In this document: piece by piece, positions 1-8,565 of the stretch | How positions within the stretch are numbered: the first letter of the stretch is position 1 | Layout of the letters: every line of letters begins with the position of its first letter | Source: a virus | Reading direction: 5' to 3' (one strand) | Virus record (IMG/VR): IMGVR_UViG_3300008108_000016 | Location: 1 to 64,000 of that record | DNA: 64,000 bases | The notes under the pieces: model-generated | Databases searched by the model: none | What the model saw: the letters and a program-made list of their open reading frames with translations, nothing else | What the model was told of the DNA's origin: nothing | Program-made: the position numbers and the translations under genes

Positions 1-34
1 TGTCTTCAATCTCCTTATTTTTTTTCAAAATATT
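1..34. repeat. 34-bp direct repeat, copy 1 (identical to 777..810)
   Basis: tgtcttcaatctccttattttttttcaaaatatt occurs at both 1-34 and 777-810. Confidence 0.9.
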
Positions 35-716
35 TATATTCCTTAGTTCCGAAATCATAAGTTCCGAAACCGTGGTTTCTTATATTTTCACCAATGTTTT
101 GTTGTATTGTTGATCCAATCATATAGCCCTTACCGGTTTTGAACTTAAACTCTTGTCTTTTATGTATATCGCCACATAAAACAATATCAAGGCCATCAAA
201 TTTTTCAGTATCATAAGCGTGGTCACCAAAATCATAACCAAGATCTGTTGTCATTCCCTGGATTGGTCCGTGAAAAAGTCCAACCTTTATTCCGGTTGCA
301 ACATTTAAATCTGGTGGAATATTACCTTGAAATTGTGAAAATACGCACCAACTGACATTTTCATCCTCATATATACCGCGATTTTTATGATAAAAAATAT
401 TTTTATTATTTAACGAATCTACAATTGGCGTAATGCTGTCTAACCTATCTTCATTTCTTAAATTAGCATCGTGATTTCCGGGAATAATGATAACTTTTGC
501 AATTTTTGCGCATTCTGATAATATCCAACTAACCATATCAATAAGTTCTGGTGTTAGTTGATTTTTTGAATGAACTAAATCTCCAGTAAAGACAATCCTA
601 TCCGGTTTTAATTCTTTCCACTGACTAATCGCATCTTCCATAATTGATTTATACAAGTCGTGGTCTTTGAACAATCTTAAATGAAGATCTGAAAAGTGCA
701 CTAATTTATTTACCAT
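15..716 (-). CDS. Mre11/SbcD-like metallophosphoesterase (T4 gp47-like recombination nuclease subunit), possibly C-terminally truncated
   Basis: Calcineurin-like motifs SDLH, TGDLVH, PGNHD, FHG, GDIHKRQ, GSTIQQN. The stop codon lies inside a 34-bp repeat at the window edge. Confidence 0.85.
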   Translation of the reverse strand: MVNKLVHFSDLHLRLFKDHDLYKSIMEDAISQWKELKPDRIVFTGDLVHSKNQLTPELIDMVSWILSECAKIAKVIIIPGNHDANLRNEDRLDSITPIVDSLNNKNIFYHKNRGIYEDENVSWCVFSQFQGNIPPDLNVATGIKVGLFHGPIQGMTTDLGYDFGDHAYDTEKFDGLDIVLCGDIHKRQEFKFKTGKGYMIGSTIQQNIGENIRNHGFGTYDFGTKEYKYFEKK

Positions 717-1440
717 CTTTTGATTTTTTAAACATTTCTTTTAGTTTGTTTTCAAATTCCTCTGCTTTGGAGATTCTGTCTTCAATCTCCTTATTTTTTT
801 TCAAAATATTATCAAGCCTTTCTTTTGTTTCATTATCATCTGATTCATTCTTTTTTAAATCAATATCATACTCTTTTACTTCGGTATTCTCACCATCTTC
901 AACAACTTCAAATAAACCTCTAACTAAAACAGCCCGAAAACCTTTAGTTTTGTATTCTTCTGGGTTGTCCAATACATCATCCAATAACTTGTGTATATCA
1001 TTTCTTAATGTTAATTCATCATTAACCCCTGATATGTCTTGAGACATTTCGGGTGACCAAGTTAGTAAAATGTGTTTTCTTGGTTCAAATGTTGATGGGT
1101 CATAAATTGTTGGTCCCATAGCGGCACCATTCTTAACAGGTTTAAGTAATTGATTTGGGTCATACATTTCAGGCGTTAAATTTAGTGACAATAGATAACA
1201 TTTACCTTTAAATTTCATAAGGTCTGACAACTTAATTGTATATGGTTTCAATCCCTCACCATTTCTAGATTTAACTATAGGATATTCAATAATTTCTAAA
1301 GACTCACATTCTTTAAATTCGTCAGTATTCATTATAATATCTTTGTATTTTTCTAAATTTTTACCATACAAAGTGTTATCCATATATACATCTTCTTTTT
1401 TGGTTAATTTTACAATTTCAATTAATTCTTTTAATTTCAT
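706..1440 (-). CDS. hypothetical protein with charged coiled-coil C-terminus
   Basis: 244-aa ORF overlapping its neighbours in an operon-like manner. Confidence 0.75.
   Translation of the reverse strand: MKLKELIEIVKLTKKEDVYMDNTLYGKNLEKYKDIIMNTDEFKECESLEIIEYPIVKSRNGEGLKPYTIKLSDLMKFKGKCYLLSLNLTPEMYDPNQLLKPVKNGAAMGPTIYDPSTFEPRKHILLTWSPEMSQDISGVNDELTLRNDIHKLLDDVLDNPEEYKTKGFRAVLVRGLFEVVEDGENTEVKEYDIDLKKNESDDNETKERLDNILKKNKEIEDRISKAEEFENKLKEMFKKSKDGK
777..810. repeat. 34-bp direct repeat, copy 2
   Basis: Identical to 1-34. Confidence 0.9.
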
Positions 1441-1703
1441 ATTACATTTTTTGGTTGACGATCTGAATTATCGTCTTGTTTATTTGTTCCACAATATATT
1501 TCATATGGTGGTCTAAATGGGTCATTTGGTCTTGGGAAGGGGTTAACTGGTACCGGTATTGTATAAGGTTCTGCAATTCCAATTTTTGGTTCATCTCTAA
1601 CTTCTCCCATCTTTTCAACAATTGGTGAGATATCTATATGTTTATTTTCTAATTTACCATATAGATACCCTTCCAACCAAATATAAAATTCTTTATGTGT
1701 CAT
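1437..1703 (-). CDS. hypothetical phage protein (N-terminal F-x-x-WLxGY motif, Pro-rich tail)
   Basis: 88-aa ORF with ATGA overlaps at both ends. Confidence 0.7.
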   Translation of the reverse strand: MTHKEFYIWLEGYLYGKLENKHIDISPIVEKMGEVRDEPKIGIAEPYTIPVPVNPFPRPNDPFRPPYEIYCGTNKQDDNSDRQPKNVI

Positions 1704-1846
1704 ACAAGCTCTCTATTATAAAGGTTTACAAGTATTATTCTAGCAAATTTAAATTCTTTAACCCTATTTAAATTTAATCCATAGGTATTTGCAACCATCT
1801 TTAGATGGGGATACGCTTCCGATATTGTCATCTTACCTATTTCCAT
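1700..1846 (-). CDS. small hypothetical protein, 48 aa (MEIGKMTISEAYPHLKMVANTYGLNLNRVKEFKFARIILVNLYNRELV)
   Basis: Translated by hand. It fills the gap between 1848..2060 and 1437..1703, and its TGA overlaps the next ATG. Confidence 0.65.
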   Translation of the reverse strand: MEIGKMTISEAYPHLKMVANTYGLNLNRVKEFKFARIILVNLYNRELV

Positions 1847-1847
1847 T

Positions 1848-2060
1848 TTAATCAAATAATTGAAAATCAATATTAACATGACCGCATCCGTTACACATAT
1901 AAGTCGGAAATGGCACCATAGTATCTTCTGGACTACCTGTTAAAAGTTTAGGTACTTTTTTTAACATGACAACTTCTTTGAAGAACTTTCCGTGACACTT
2001 TTCACAGTGAACTGTTTCTTGTGTTCTTAAATCAATTTTTGGTCTAATAATATCTTCCAT
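1848..2060 (-). CDS. small zinc-ribbon protein
   Basis: CEKC...CNGCGH, two CxxC pairs. Confidence 0.7.
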   Translation of the reverse strand: MEDIIRPKIDLRTQETVHCEKCHGKFFKEVVMLKKVPKLLTGSPEDTMVPFPTYMCNGCGHVNIDFQLFD

Positions 2061-2061
2061 C

Positions 2062-2316
2062 TTATTCTTCTATTAAATAAAGTTCATATTTTTCATCAAA
2101 TTGTTCGTCTTTGATAACGTATTTACCGAATTCAAATTCATTCGCTAAAGACCCTTCATACCCATCTTTAATTTCAAATTCATGCAAATTATCTTTAAGA
2201 TATTCTAAAGCGTCTTTATCTGACATACCTTCAAGTTCGGGGTAATCTTCTTTATTGACCTCAATTTCGTCATAAAGTTCGTAAACCGTATAAGTTTTAC
2301 TCATTCTGATTTTCAT
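2062..2316 (-). CDS. acidic hypothetical protein
   Basis: 84-aa ORF in operon context. Confidence 0.7.
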   Translation of the reverse strand: MKIRMSKTYTVYELYDEIEVNKEDYPELEGMSDKDALEYLKDNLHEFEIKDGYEGSLANEFEFGKYVIKDEQFDEKYELYLIEE

Positions 2317-2402
2317 TTTACTATATAGTTGATGTTTATTTTACCTATTTGATAATCCCAAGTGGTGTTATACCACCAAGCAATTGTAATCTCTGATTCC
2401 AT
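2313..2402 (-). CDS. very small hypothetical protein, 29 aa (MESEITIAWWYNTTWDYQIGKININYIVK)
   Basis: Translated by hand. The ATG is just downstream of a consensus promoter and the TGA overlaps the next ATG. Confidence 0.45.
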   Translation of the reverse strand: MESEITIAWWYNTTWDYQIGKININYIVK

Positions 2403-2407
2403 AATGT

Positions 2408-2436
2408 AATATAATTTATTAAGTTTATTTTGTCAA
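2408..2436 (-). promoter_or_regulatory. sigma70-like early promoter TTGACA-N17-TATATT
   Basis: tgtcaa at 2431-2436 and aatata at 2408-2413 on the + strand, 17-nt spacer. Confidence 0.7.
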
Positions 2437-3282
2437 ATACTTTTTAATATCCATATTCAATATTGTATTAATAACATCTTTTGGTATTCTAAATTCTTCA
2501 AATTTACCATCATCACTTAAATGAACAATAATACAACCATACAACTTAATATGTTCGTATTTAGATCCTTTCAACATATCTAAGAATAGTTTACCATAAA
2601 AAGGTAATTGTGTAAAATAATGACCAAGAGCAGTATCATCAATATTGTTAAAAGGATACTTCATTTTTTTTGTAAAATTGTTTGCCTCAAAGTTTTTCTT
2701 TTTGTTTGTCTTATAATCCGTTATAACGATACCAATTTCAGTTTTTTCTTTATTAAAAAATAACCAACCAGTATCCGCTTGTCCGGTATATTCTAATTCA
2801 TTAGAACCAAAAACAATCTCGGTATCAAGTAATACCCCCCCTCTTTCTTTCATCAATTCTAAAAAGTTTGTCCCCGCATGAATCATTGAGTCACCTTTTA
2901 AAATTTGTGTAAAATCACAATCAAAAATTGGTTGTCTAACTTCTTTATCAATCCCAAACATCTCTAAAGATTTTTGTTCAAGAAAAAAGTGAACTCTAGA
3001 ACCCATATTTGTTGAGTATGTTCCAGCATCTGCCCACTCTTTCAATAATCTATCCTTTTCTTCTGGATCCCCTTTAGCCTTTTTATGTGCAATACCTTCA
3101 GAATCAAATTCTTCATAAAATAATTTCATGACTTTTGACACAGAAGGCCAATCAGATCTAAGATTACCATCAAGATCTTTCATTGTATATGTGTGAGTAT
3201 CTTCCTCAAAAGTAAGACACAATTCATTTTGTTTGTTTTTGATGATTTCGTTTATTTCATCTCTTATTTTATATAAATCCAT
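2425..3282 (-). CDS. PD-(D/E)XK exonuclease (RecB/Cas4-like fold, no Fe-S cysteines)
   Basis: PSVS...GSRVH, E...GQAD...DYKT, HYxxQLxxY motifs. Confidence 0.8.
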   Translation of the reverse strand: MDLYKIRDEINEIIKNKQNELCLTFEEDTHTYTMKDLDGNLRSDWPSVSKVMKLFYEEFDSEGIAHKKAKGDPEEKDRLLKEWADAGTYSTNMGSRVHFFLEQKSLEMFGIDKEVRQPIFDCDFTQILKGDSMIHAGTNFLELMKERGGVLLDTEIVFGSNELEYTGQADTGWLFFNKEKTEIGIVITDYKTNKKKNFEANNFTKKMKYPFNNIDDTALGHYFTQLPFYGKLFLDMLKGSKYEHIKLYGCIIVHLSDDGKFEEFRIPKDVINTILNMDIKKYLTK

Positions 3283-3283
3283 A

Positions 3284-4186
3284 TTAATCTCTTATTTCAT
3301 AATAATATTCATCAATCTGTCCTTTTAAATCACAGACATCTCTATCTTTGGGTAATTTTAAAATTTTAACTTTACCCCACAATTTTCCGCCATTTAATTC
3401 GTGATATAATTTAACAGCGTTATTCCAAGCATCACCATCAAGACATATGATAACATTTCCATTCGCCTTTTCATAGATTGTTTCAAACAATAATTCCGAC
3501 ATATGTTTACCCAACATTACAACAGGATTGTCCAAGAACATACCATCAAATGCTCCCTCAACAAGATAGATATCTTTATTCCAATCAATTAAGTTTTCCC
3601 AAAAAATAATCTTTTCTTTCTCTGCCTCAGGATTACGATATTTGGCTCTACTATTTGGATCCCAACTTCTACCAATATAATAATTTAACTCACCATTTAA
3701 ACCATATGATGGAATTATAATTCTACCAGCATGACTTCCTTTATCACAAAAACCAATTTGATATTTTTCAATCATATAATCGGAAATTCCCCGATTATGT
3801 AGGTAATTTATGGCTTGTTTTCTAACAGGATATACGGGATGGGAGTCTTTGAATAGAGTAAAGTTATCAGGTAGAACTACTTTTGGTTTTTTTACTTTAA
3901 CTATTTTTTCTCTATTATCAGGACATAAAACTCTGAATAATTTTTTTTGTTTCTTATTACCATATAGATCAAACAATTTTCCAAGATGCCCGTGAGTACC
4001 TTCAGTATCCCCACACGCCCAACAGTGGAACACATTGTTAAAATAATTAACTTCCAAATTGTGTTTATTTCTTCCTTCATCACATTGAGGGCAATTAAAG
4101 GAAATTTGGCCGCGATTTGGGTAATGTAACCCATGATCACCAAAAACTTCTTCCAACAACTCAACAAGTGATTCATTTTCATCCAT
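3284..4186 (-). CDS. dnaG: DNA primase (Zn finger + TOPRIM)
   Basis: CPQC...HCWAC zinc finger; YLHNRGI, RIIIP, KYRNP, LVEGAFD, CLDGDA, DVCD. Confidence 0.9.
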   Translation of the reverse strand: MDENESLVELLEEVFGDHGLHYPNRGQISFNCPQCDEGRNKHNLEVNYFNNVFHCWACGDTEGTHGHLGKLFDLYGNKKQKKLFRVLCPDNREKIVKVKKPKVVLPDNFTLFKDSHPVYPVRKQAINYLHNRGISDYMIEKYQIGFCDKGSHAGRIIIPSYGLNGELNYYIGRSWDPNSRAKYRNPEAEKEKIIFWENLIDWNKDIYLVEGAFDGMFLDNPVVMLGKHMSELLFETIYEKANGNVIICLDGDAWNNAVKLYHELNGGKLWGKVKILKLPKDRDVCDLKGQIDEYYYEIRD

Positions 4187-4193
4187 ATATCAT

Positions 4194-4222
4194 AATATAA
4201 GTTTAAAATATCAATTAATCAA
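4194..4222 (-). promoter_or_regulatory. sigma70-like promoter TTGATT-N17-TATATT upstream of primase
   Basis: aatata at 4194-4199 and aatcaa at 4217-4222, same geometry as the 2408 and 48966 sites. Confidence 0.5.
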
Positions 4223-4247
4223 CTTCACAAGTTTTTGTCTTCCATTA

Positions 4248-4254
4248 TATTTAT
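4248..4254 (+). promoter_or_regulatory. TATTTAT putative late-promoter motif
   Basis: Lies 5 nt before the ATG of the + strand structural block. The same motif precedes 11 other genes. Confidence 0.6.
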
Positions 4255-4259
4255 GTAAG

Positions 4260-4481
4260 ATGCCAACAGATATCACAATAACCAATATTTCAGGTTCAAC
4301 ACCATTTGATGTATACGTTTGTAATACAGGACTAACAACTTGTATCTACGTTTCAACAATTACAAGTGGTGATTTACCTTACACATTTGAGATTCCCCCA
4401 GTATATTTAACCCTGACTGATTTTGTTGTTAAAGTGGTGGATGATGATGAATGTATAATTTTTGATACAGTAACCGTATAA
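4260..4481 (+). CDS. small Cys-containing beta-rich virion module (paralog of the 5596 N-terminus and of 24157..24462)
   Basis: Shared pattern I-x-x-x-x-G-x-x-P-(F/Y)-x-(V/I)YVC...C...P...VK(V/I)(V/I)D-x-x-x-C. Confidence 0.75.
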   Translation: MPTDITITNISGSTPFDVYVCNTGLTTCIYVSTITSGDLPYTFEIPPVYLTLTDFVVKVVDDDECIIFDTVTV

Positions 4482-4483
4482 AT

Positions 4484-5593
4484 ATGTTAACTTGCGCAAC
4501 AGAATATTGTATTAGTGGGACGGGAACCAACTATGATGGTGGTTATTTTTCCGCGGGAACTTATGATGGTTATGACTATTATACAGGGGACACATATACA
4601 TTATATTATTCAACAGGACAAACAAGATGGTGTTTGGCAACTTCATTAGGTGATCCAACTTGTTTATTGTTTGGTAAATCACCTTGTTTGTCAGTTTGTC
4701 CAGATCTTTGTGAGGACTTCTTTAATGTTGGCCCTTGTCCTTCACCAACACCATCACCTACACCACCTTGTAATGTGGATTTTGATGCAATATTTGATTG
4801 TGATGTACCAGTCACACCATCACCAACACCTACTGTTACACCCACATCAACTTTAACTCCAACCCCAACTCCAACATCTCCTTGTGGTGGTAGAGGAATT
4901 GCGGTAAGTGGTTTGACATATACTCCAACCCCAACACCAACGGCAACTCAAACCCCAACACCATCCCCTGAAGTTACCAGACCTTGTAATTATACAGGTA
5001 TTGCTACTTTTAACACATTGGATGATTATATTAGATGTGCAACAAGTAAACAATTTAGAGATTGTGCGAATGGGTATGTATATTCAACAAGTGATGTTGT
5101 TTTAAATCCAACAGGTGGGACTCCAACTATTGGTATGGTATATGACGCAACAATTAATGAGATAAACGTTTGTGTTGTATATATTGGAAATATAGATACA
5201 ATTAGTGGTGTTGAAAGTATCACATTAAATAGTGAACTTGGTCTTGAGGTAGATGGTGGATGTAGTACTTGCGTTCCAACGACAACTCCAACCCCTACAC
5301 CAACTGTTACTCCAACACCAACACTAACACCATCACCAACACCACAAGTTTGTTGTGAATACCAAGTAACGAATTTATTATTTAGTGCAAATACATTCGG
5401 TATTACAAATTGTACAACAAATTTAGGTCAGATCGTAAACATAAACGGAGGATCTACAATAACCGTAAAATCAAATACGGTTCCTGTTGGTAATTCAATC
5501 AATGTTGTATTTATTGATTGCCCTTGTGTTACTCCAACGGTAACTCCAACAAACACTCCAACTCCTTCATCAACTGAAAGTATTATAATGTAA
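4484..5593 (+). CDS. Cys-rich modular protein with Pro-Thr linkers, putative virion appendage protein
   Basis: 369 aa, more than 20 Cys, several (PT)n tracts, no signal peptide. Confidence 0.75.
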   Translation: MLTCATEYCISGTGTNYDGGYFSAGTYDGYDYYTGDTYTLYYSTGQTRWCLATSLGDPTCLLFGKSPCLSVCPDLCEDFFNVGPCPSPTPSPTPPCNVDFDAIFDCDVPVTPSPTPTVTPTSTLTPTPTPTSPCGGRGIAVSGLTYTPTPTPTATQTPTPSPEVTRPCNYTGIATFNTLDDYIRCATSKQFRDCANGYVYSTSDVVLNPTGGTPTIGMVYDATINEINVCVVYIGNIDTISGVESITLNSELGLEVDGGCSTCVPTTTPTPTPTVTPTPTLTPSPTPQVCCEYQVTNLLFSANTFGITNCTTNLGQIVNINGGSTITVKSNTVPVGNSINVVFIDCPCVTPTVTPTNTPTPSSTESIIM

Positions 5594-5595
5594 TA

Positions 5596-6804
5596 ATGAC
5601 TGAAATACAAATAACAGGGGCAACGGGAACACCTCCATATTCGGTATATGTTTGTGATCAAACATTATCATATTGTTATCTTGTAACAGGATCCACAACA
5701 ATACCTCCAACATTTACATTTAACCCTCCTCCTCCATTGGATGGTGCGGTTTCAATAATTGTTAAAATAATTGATTCAACGGGTTGTGAGTACTTTGAAC
5801 CTTTTTCTTGTCCCGTTACTCCAACTCCAACACCAACATATACTCCAACACCAACTCCAACACCAACAGATCTATGTTATTGCATAACCGCAGTTAACAC
5901 AGGCATGACAACAGGTTCATTCTACTATGTGGATTGTGATGGAGTACTAATTGAAAAAATTCCGGTTCCGGCAGATATGACAATATATGTTTGTGGTTCT
6001 AATCCAACATTACCTGACCAAGTTTCCATAACGGTTGGTGGTCTATGTATTTCAAATAGTTGTCCAGATCCTACACCAACCCCAACAACAACACCTACAA
6101 ATACACCAACGATATCATTAACACCAACTAACACACCTACAAATACGCCAACAATTTCCGTAACACCTACAATATCGTTAACACCTACAAATACACCAAC
6201 TAACACTCCTACGGTTACTCCATCTTCAACTCCAACAACAGGATTTGCATACCTAATAATTGAACCATTGACCGCATCCACATCAATAGGGAATTATATG
6301 TATTCAAATAGTTCACCTCAATTCTTTGGGTTCTCAAACACAACTCAACCTAGCGTAAACGCTATTGATTTTGATAATGAACTTAATTTATATCTTGACT
6401 ATTCTGGTTGGACAAATGGTGAATTACCAACTATTATAACATCAAACGTACCACAAGTGACAGGAGGTGTTGATTCATTTGGTAATCCTATTGTTTCATA
6501 CAATTTTGAAACTGTTCAGGTCTCTGCTGGAACGATATCAACAAACGCATGGTATACTTGGTTAATCCCAATAGGTTTAACTAATTTTAATTATCAGAGT
6601 GAAATTGATGTTAGCTTATCAAATCCAAATATTTTTACAAGTGTTTTAACCGAACCAACAATAAGTGTTAACACATTTACATATACAGGATCAACAATAC
6701 CTCCTGTTACTTATAGAGTTTATACAACGTATCCATCTAATGATTTCTTGTTAGATAATACATTAAACGATATTTATTTTAGAGGTAGTGTAGTAAGCCC
6801 GTAA
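5596..6804 (+). CDS. Cys-rich modular protein with Pro-Thr linkers, putative virion appendage protein
   Basis: N-terminal module as in 4260, a CYC...YxDCxG...C...GLC...CP module, and PTNTPT repeats. Confidence 0.75.
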   Translation: MTEIQITGATGTPPYSVYVCDQTLSYCYLVTGSTTIPPTFTFNPPPPLDGAVSIIVKIIDSTGCEYFEPFSCPVTPTPTPTYTPTPTPTPTDLCYCITAVNTGMTTGSFYYVDCDGVLIEKIPVPADMTIYVCGSNPTLPDQVSITVGGLCISNSCPDPTPTPTTTPTNTPTISLTPTNTPTNTPTISVTPTISLTPTNTPTNTPTVTPSSTPTTGFAYLIIEPLTASTSIGNYMYSNSSPQFFGFSNTTQPSVNAIDFDNELNLYLDYSGWTNGELPTIITSNVPQVTGGVDSFGNPIVSYNFETVQVSAGTISTNAWYTWLIPIGLTNFNYQSEIDVSLSNPNIFTSVLTEPTISVNTFTYTGSTIPPVTYRVYTTYPSNDFLLDNTLNDIYFRGSVVSP

Positions 6805-6810
6805 TTATGT

Positions 6811-8562
6811 ATGTTTCCATATAAGAATCCAATAACACCGATACAAATAATTGGCACACAAAGTGTGTCAAGAGATAAGTCTTTTGGTACAAATTTTAGT
6901 ACCCTATCTACAGGTGGATACATGGAAGTATATTCACTTGATCAATTATATTATACAATACCACCCTCAACATACGGAGCAATTAATTTTTCAGGTAATT
7001 CAATACCTATAATGTTTTCAAAGGGTAGTGGGACGACATTTTCATTAGACACTCTAACTTTAAGTCCTGATAATATTTCTTCGGGTAGAAGAAAAATTGG
7101 TATGTTGGTTTATGTAAAAAATGAGGATCAAGTATATCAATACAACATTGATAACTATGAGTCTTTATGGAATTCAGCCACAGGAGCAACAGGTGTTGGT
7201 GGGTCAACAGTTGTAATATCAGATTTTGGTACAACAGTAAAGGCAAATTCACCTGAAGGTATTGCATTTATTAGTGGTTGGACTGCAAATACTATTGATG
7301 GTGTTAGTGGAGTAACTAGACCTAATGCTGTTTGGAAAAAATATTATGGAAATAATCTTTCAATAACGGGAGGATCCTATAGTATGGGTACACTCACGTT
7401 AGTTAACATAACGGGAGGTACAGTAAATATAACAGGTATTTCAGGTGGTAGCGGTGGTGATTCCATTACTGGGGGTACATTTAATTATAACACGGGGACA
7501 TTATCTTTAAATTCAACAGGAGGTACAATAACCATAACAGGTTTTACAGATGTTTATGTAACTGGTGGGACATATAACAATTCAACGGGAATCGCAACTT
7601 TTACAAACAATACAGGCGGAACATTTAATGTTAGTGGATTTACAACAGGCGGAACATCTGGGACTGATGTATTTGTAACAGGAGGAACATATTCATCAGG
7701 AACTGCAATATTTACAAATAATACGGGAGGGACATTTAATGTTTCAGGATTTTACACGGGAGGAACTGATGTATTTGTAACAGGAGGGACTTATTCTGCA
7801 GGAACAATAACTTTTACAAACATAACAGGGGGTACTTTTGACGTAACAGGATTAACAACAGGATCAACATCAGTCATTAGTGGTGAATATTTACCTTTAA
7901 GTGGTGGTACAGTAACCGGTAATACAATTTTCACCCAAGGTTTAACTGCGACAACAATATCTGCAACAACATATCAAAATTTACCTTTGGATGTTTTTGT
8001 AACAGGAGGAACGTATTCAGGTGGTACTGCGATTTTTACTAATAATACTGGAGGCACATTTACTGTTACAGGTTTTACAACAGGTGGAACGTCAGGTGTT
8101 GATGTATTTGTTACGGGTGGTACGTATTCAAATGGAACTGCGATTTTTACAAATAATACGGGAGGTACATTTAATGTAAGTGGTTTTACATCTACAGGCG
8201 TCACTCTAGGATCTTTTGGTATAACGATAGATGGTGGTGGGTCTGTTATTACAACAGGGTTGAAGAATTATTTATCTTTACCTTATAATGGATATATTAC
8301 AGGATGGGTAATAATTGGGGATCAGTCTGGATCCACTTCTGTTGATATATGGAAAGATTCTTATGGTAATTTTCCACCTACAGTTGCAGATTCAATAACA
8401 GGAGGAAACTATCCTTCATTAAGTTCTCAACAAATTAATCAAGACACCACTTTAAGTGGATGGACAACTAATTTTTCGGTTGGTGATATAGTTGCTTTTA
8501 ATGTTTTATCGGCATCAACCGTAACAAAAATAAATTTAACAATTAATGTTATAAAAACATAA
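6811..8562 (+). CDS. Gly/Thr-rich tail-fibre-like protein with tandem DVFVTGGTY repeats
   Basis: At least 5 copies of DV(F/Y)VTGGTYxxGTAxFTNNTGGTFxVxGF, followed by a C-terminal beta-rich domain. Confidence 0.75.
   Translation: MFPYKNPITPIQIIGTQSVSRDKSFGTNFSTLSTGGYMEVYSLDQLYYTIPPSTYGAINFSGNSIPIMFSKGSGTTFSLDTLTLSPDNISSGRRKIGMLVYVKNEDQVYQYNIDNYESLWNSATGATGVGGSTVVISDFGTTVKANSPEGIAFISGWTANTIDGVSGVTRPNAVWKKYYGNNLSITGGSYSMGTLTLVNITGGTVNITGISGGSGGDSITGGTFNYNTGTLSLNSTGGTITITGFTDVYVTGGTYNNSTGIATFTNNTGGTFNVSGFTTGGTSGTDVFVTGGTYSSGTAIFTNNTGGTFNVSGFYTGGTDVFVTGGTYSAGTITFTNITGGTFDVTGLTTGSTSVISGEYLPLSGGTVTGNTIFTQGLTATTISATTYQNLPLDVFVTGGTYSGGTAIFTNNTGGTFTVTGFTTGGTSGVDVFVTGGTYSNGTAIFTNNTGGTFNVSGFTSTGVTLGSFGITIDGGGSVITTGLKNYLSLPYNGYITGWVIIGDQSGSTSVDIWKDSYGNFPPTVADSITGGNYPSLSSQQINQDTTLSGWTTNFSVGDIVAFNVLSASTVTKINLTINVIKT
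7549..8190 (+). repeat. coding tandem repeat of about 100-117 bp (copies start at 7549, 7666, 7768, 7990, 8101)
   Basis: Near-identical gatgt(a/t)t(t/a)tgt..c.gg.gg.ac.ta DNA units. Confidence 0.85.
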
Positions 8563-8565
8563 GAT

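Noticed and set aside
2425-3282. Cas4 / CRISPR-associated gene
   Set aside because: It lacks the four Fe-S cysteines, and I see no repeat-spacer array or other cas genes. A stand-alone phage exonuclease is the better call.
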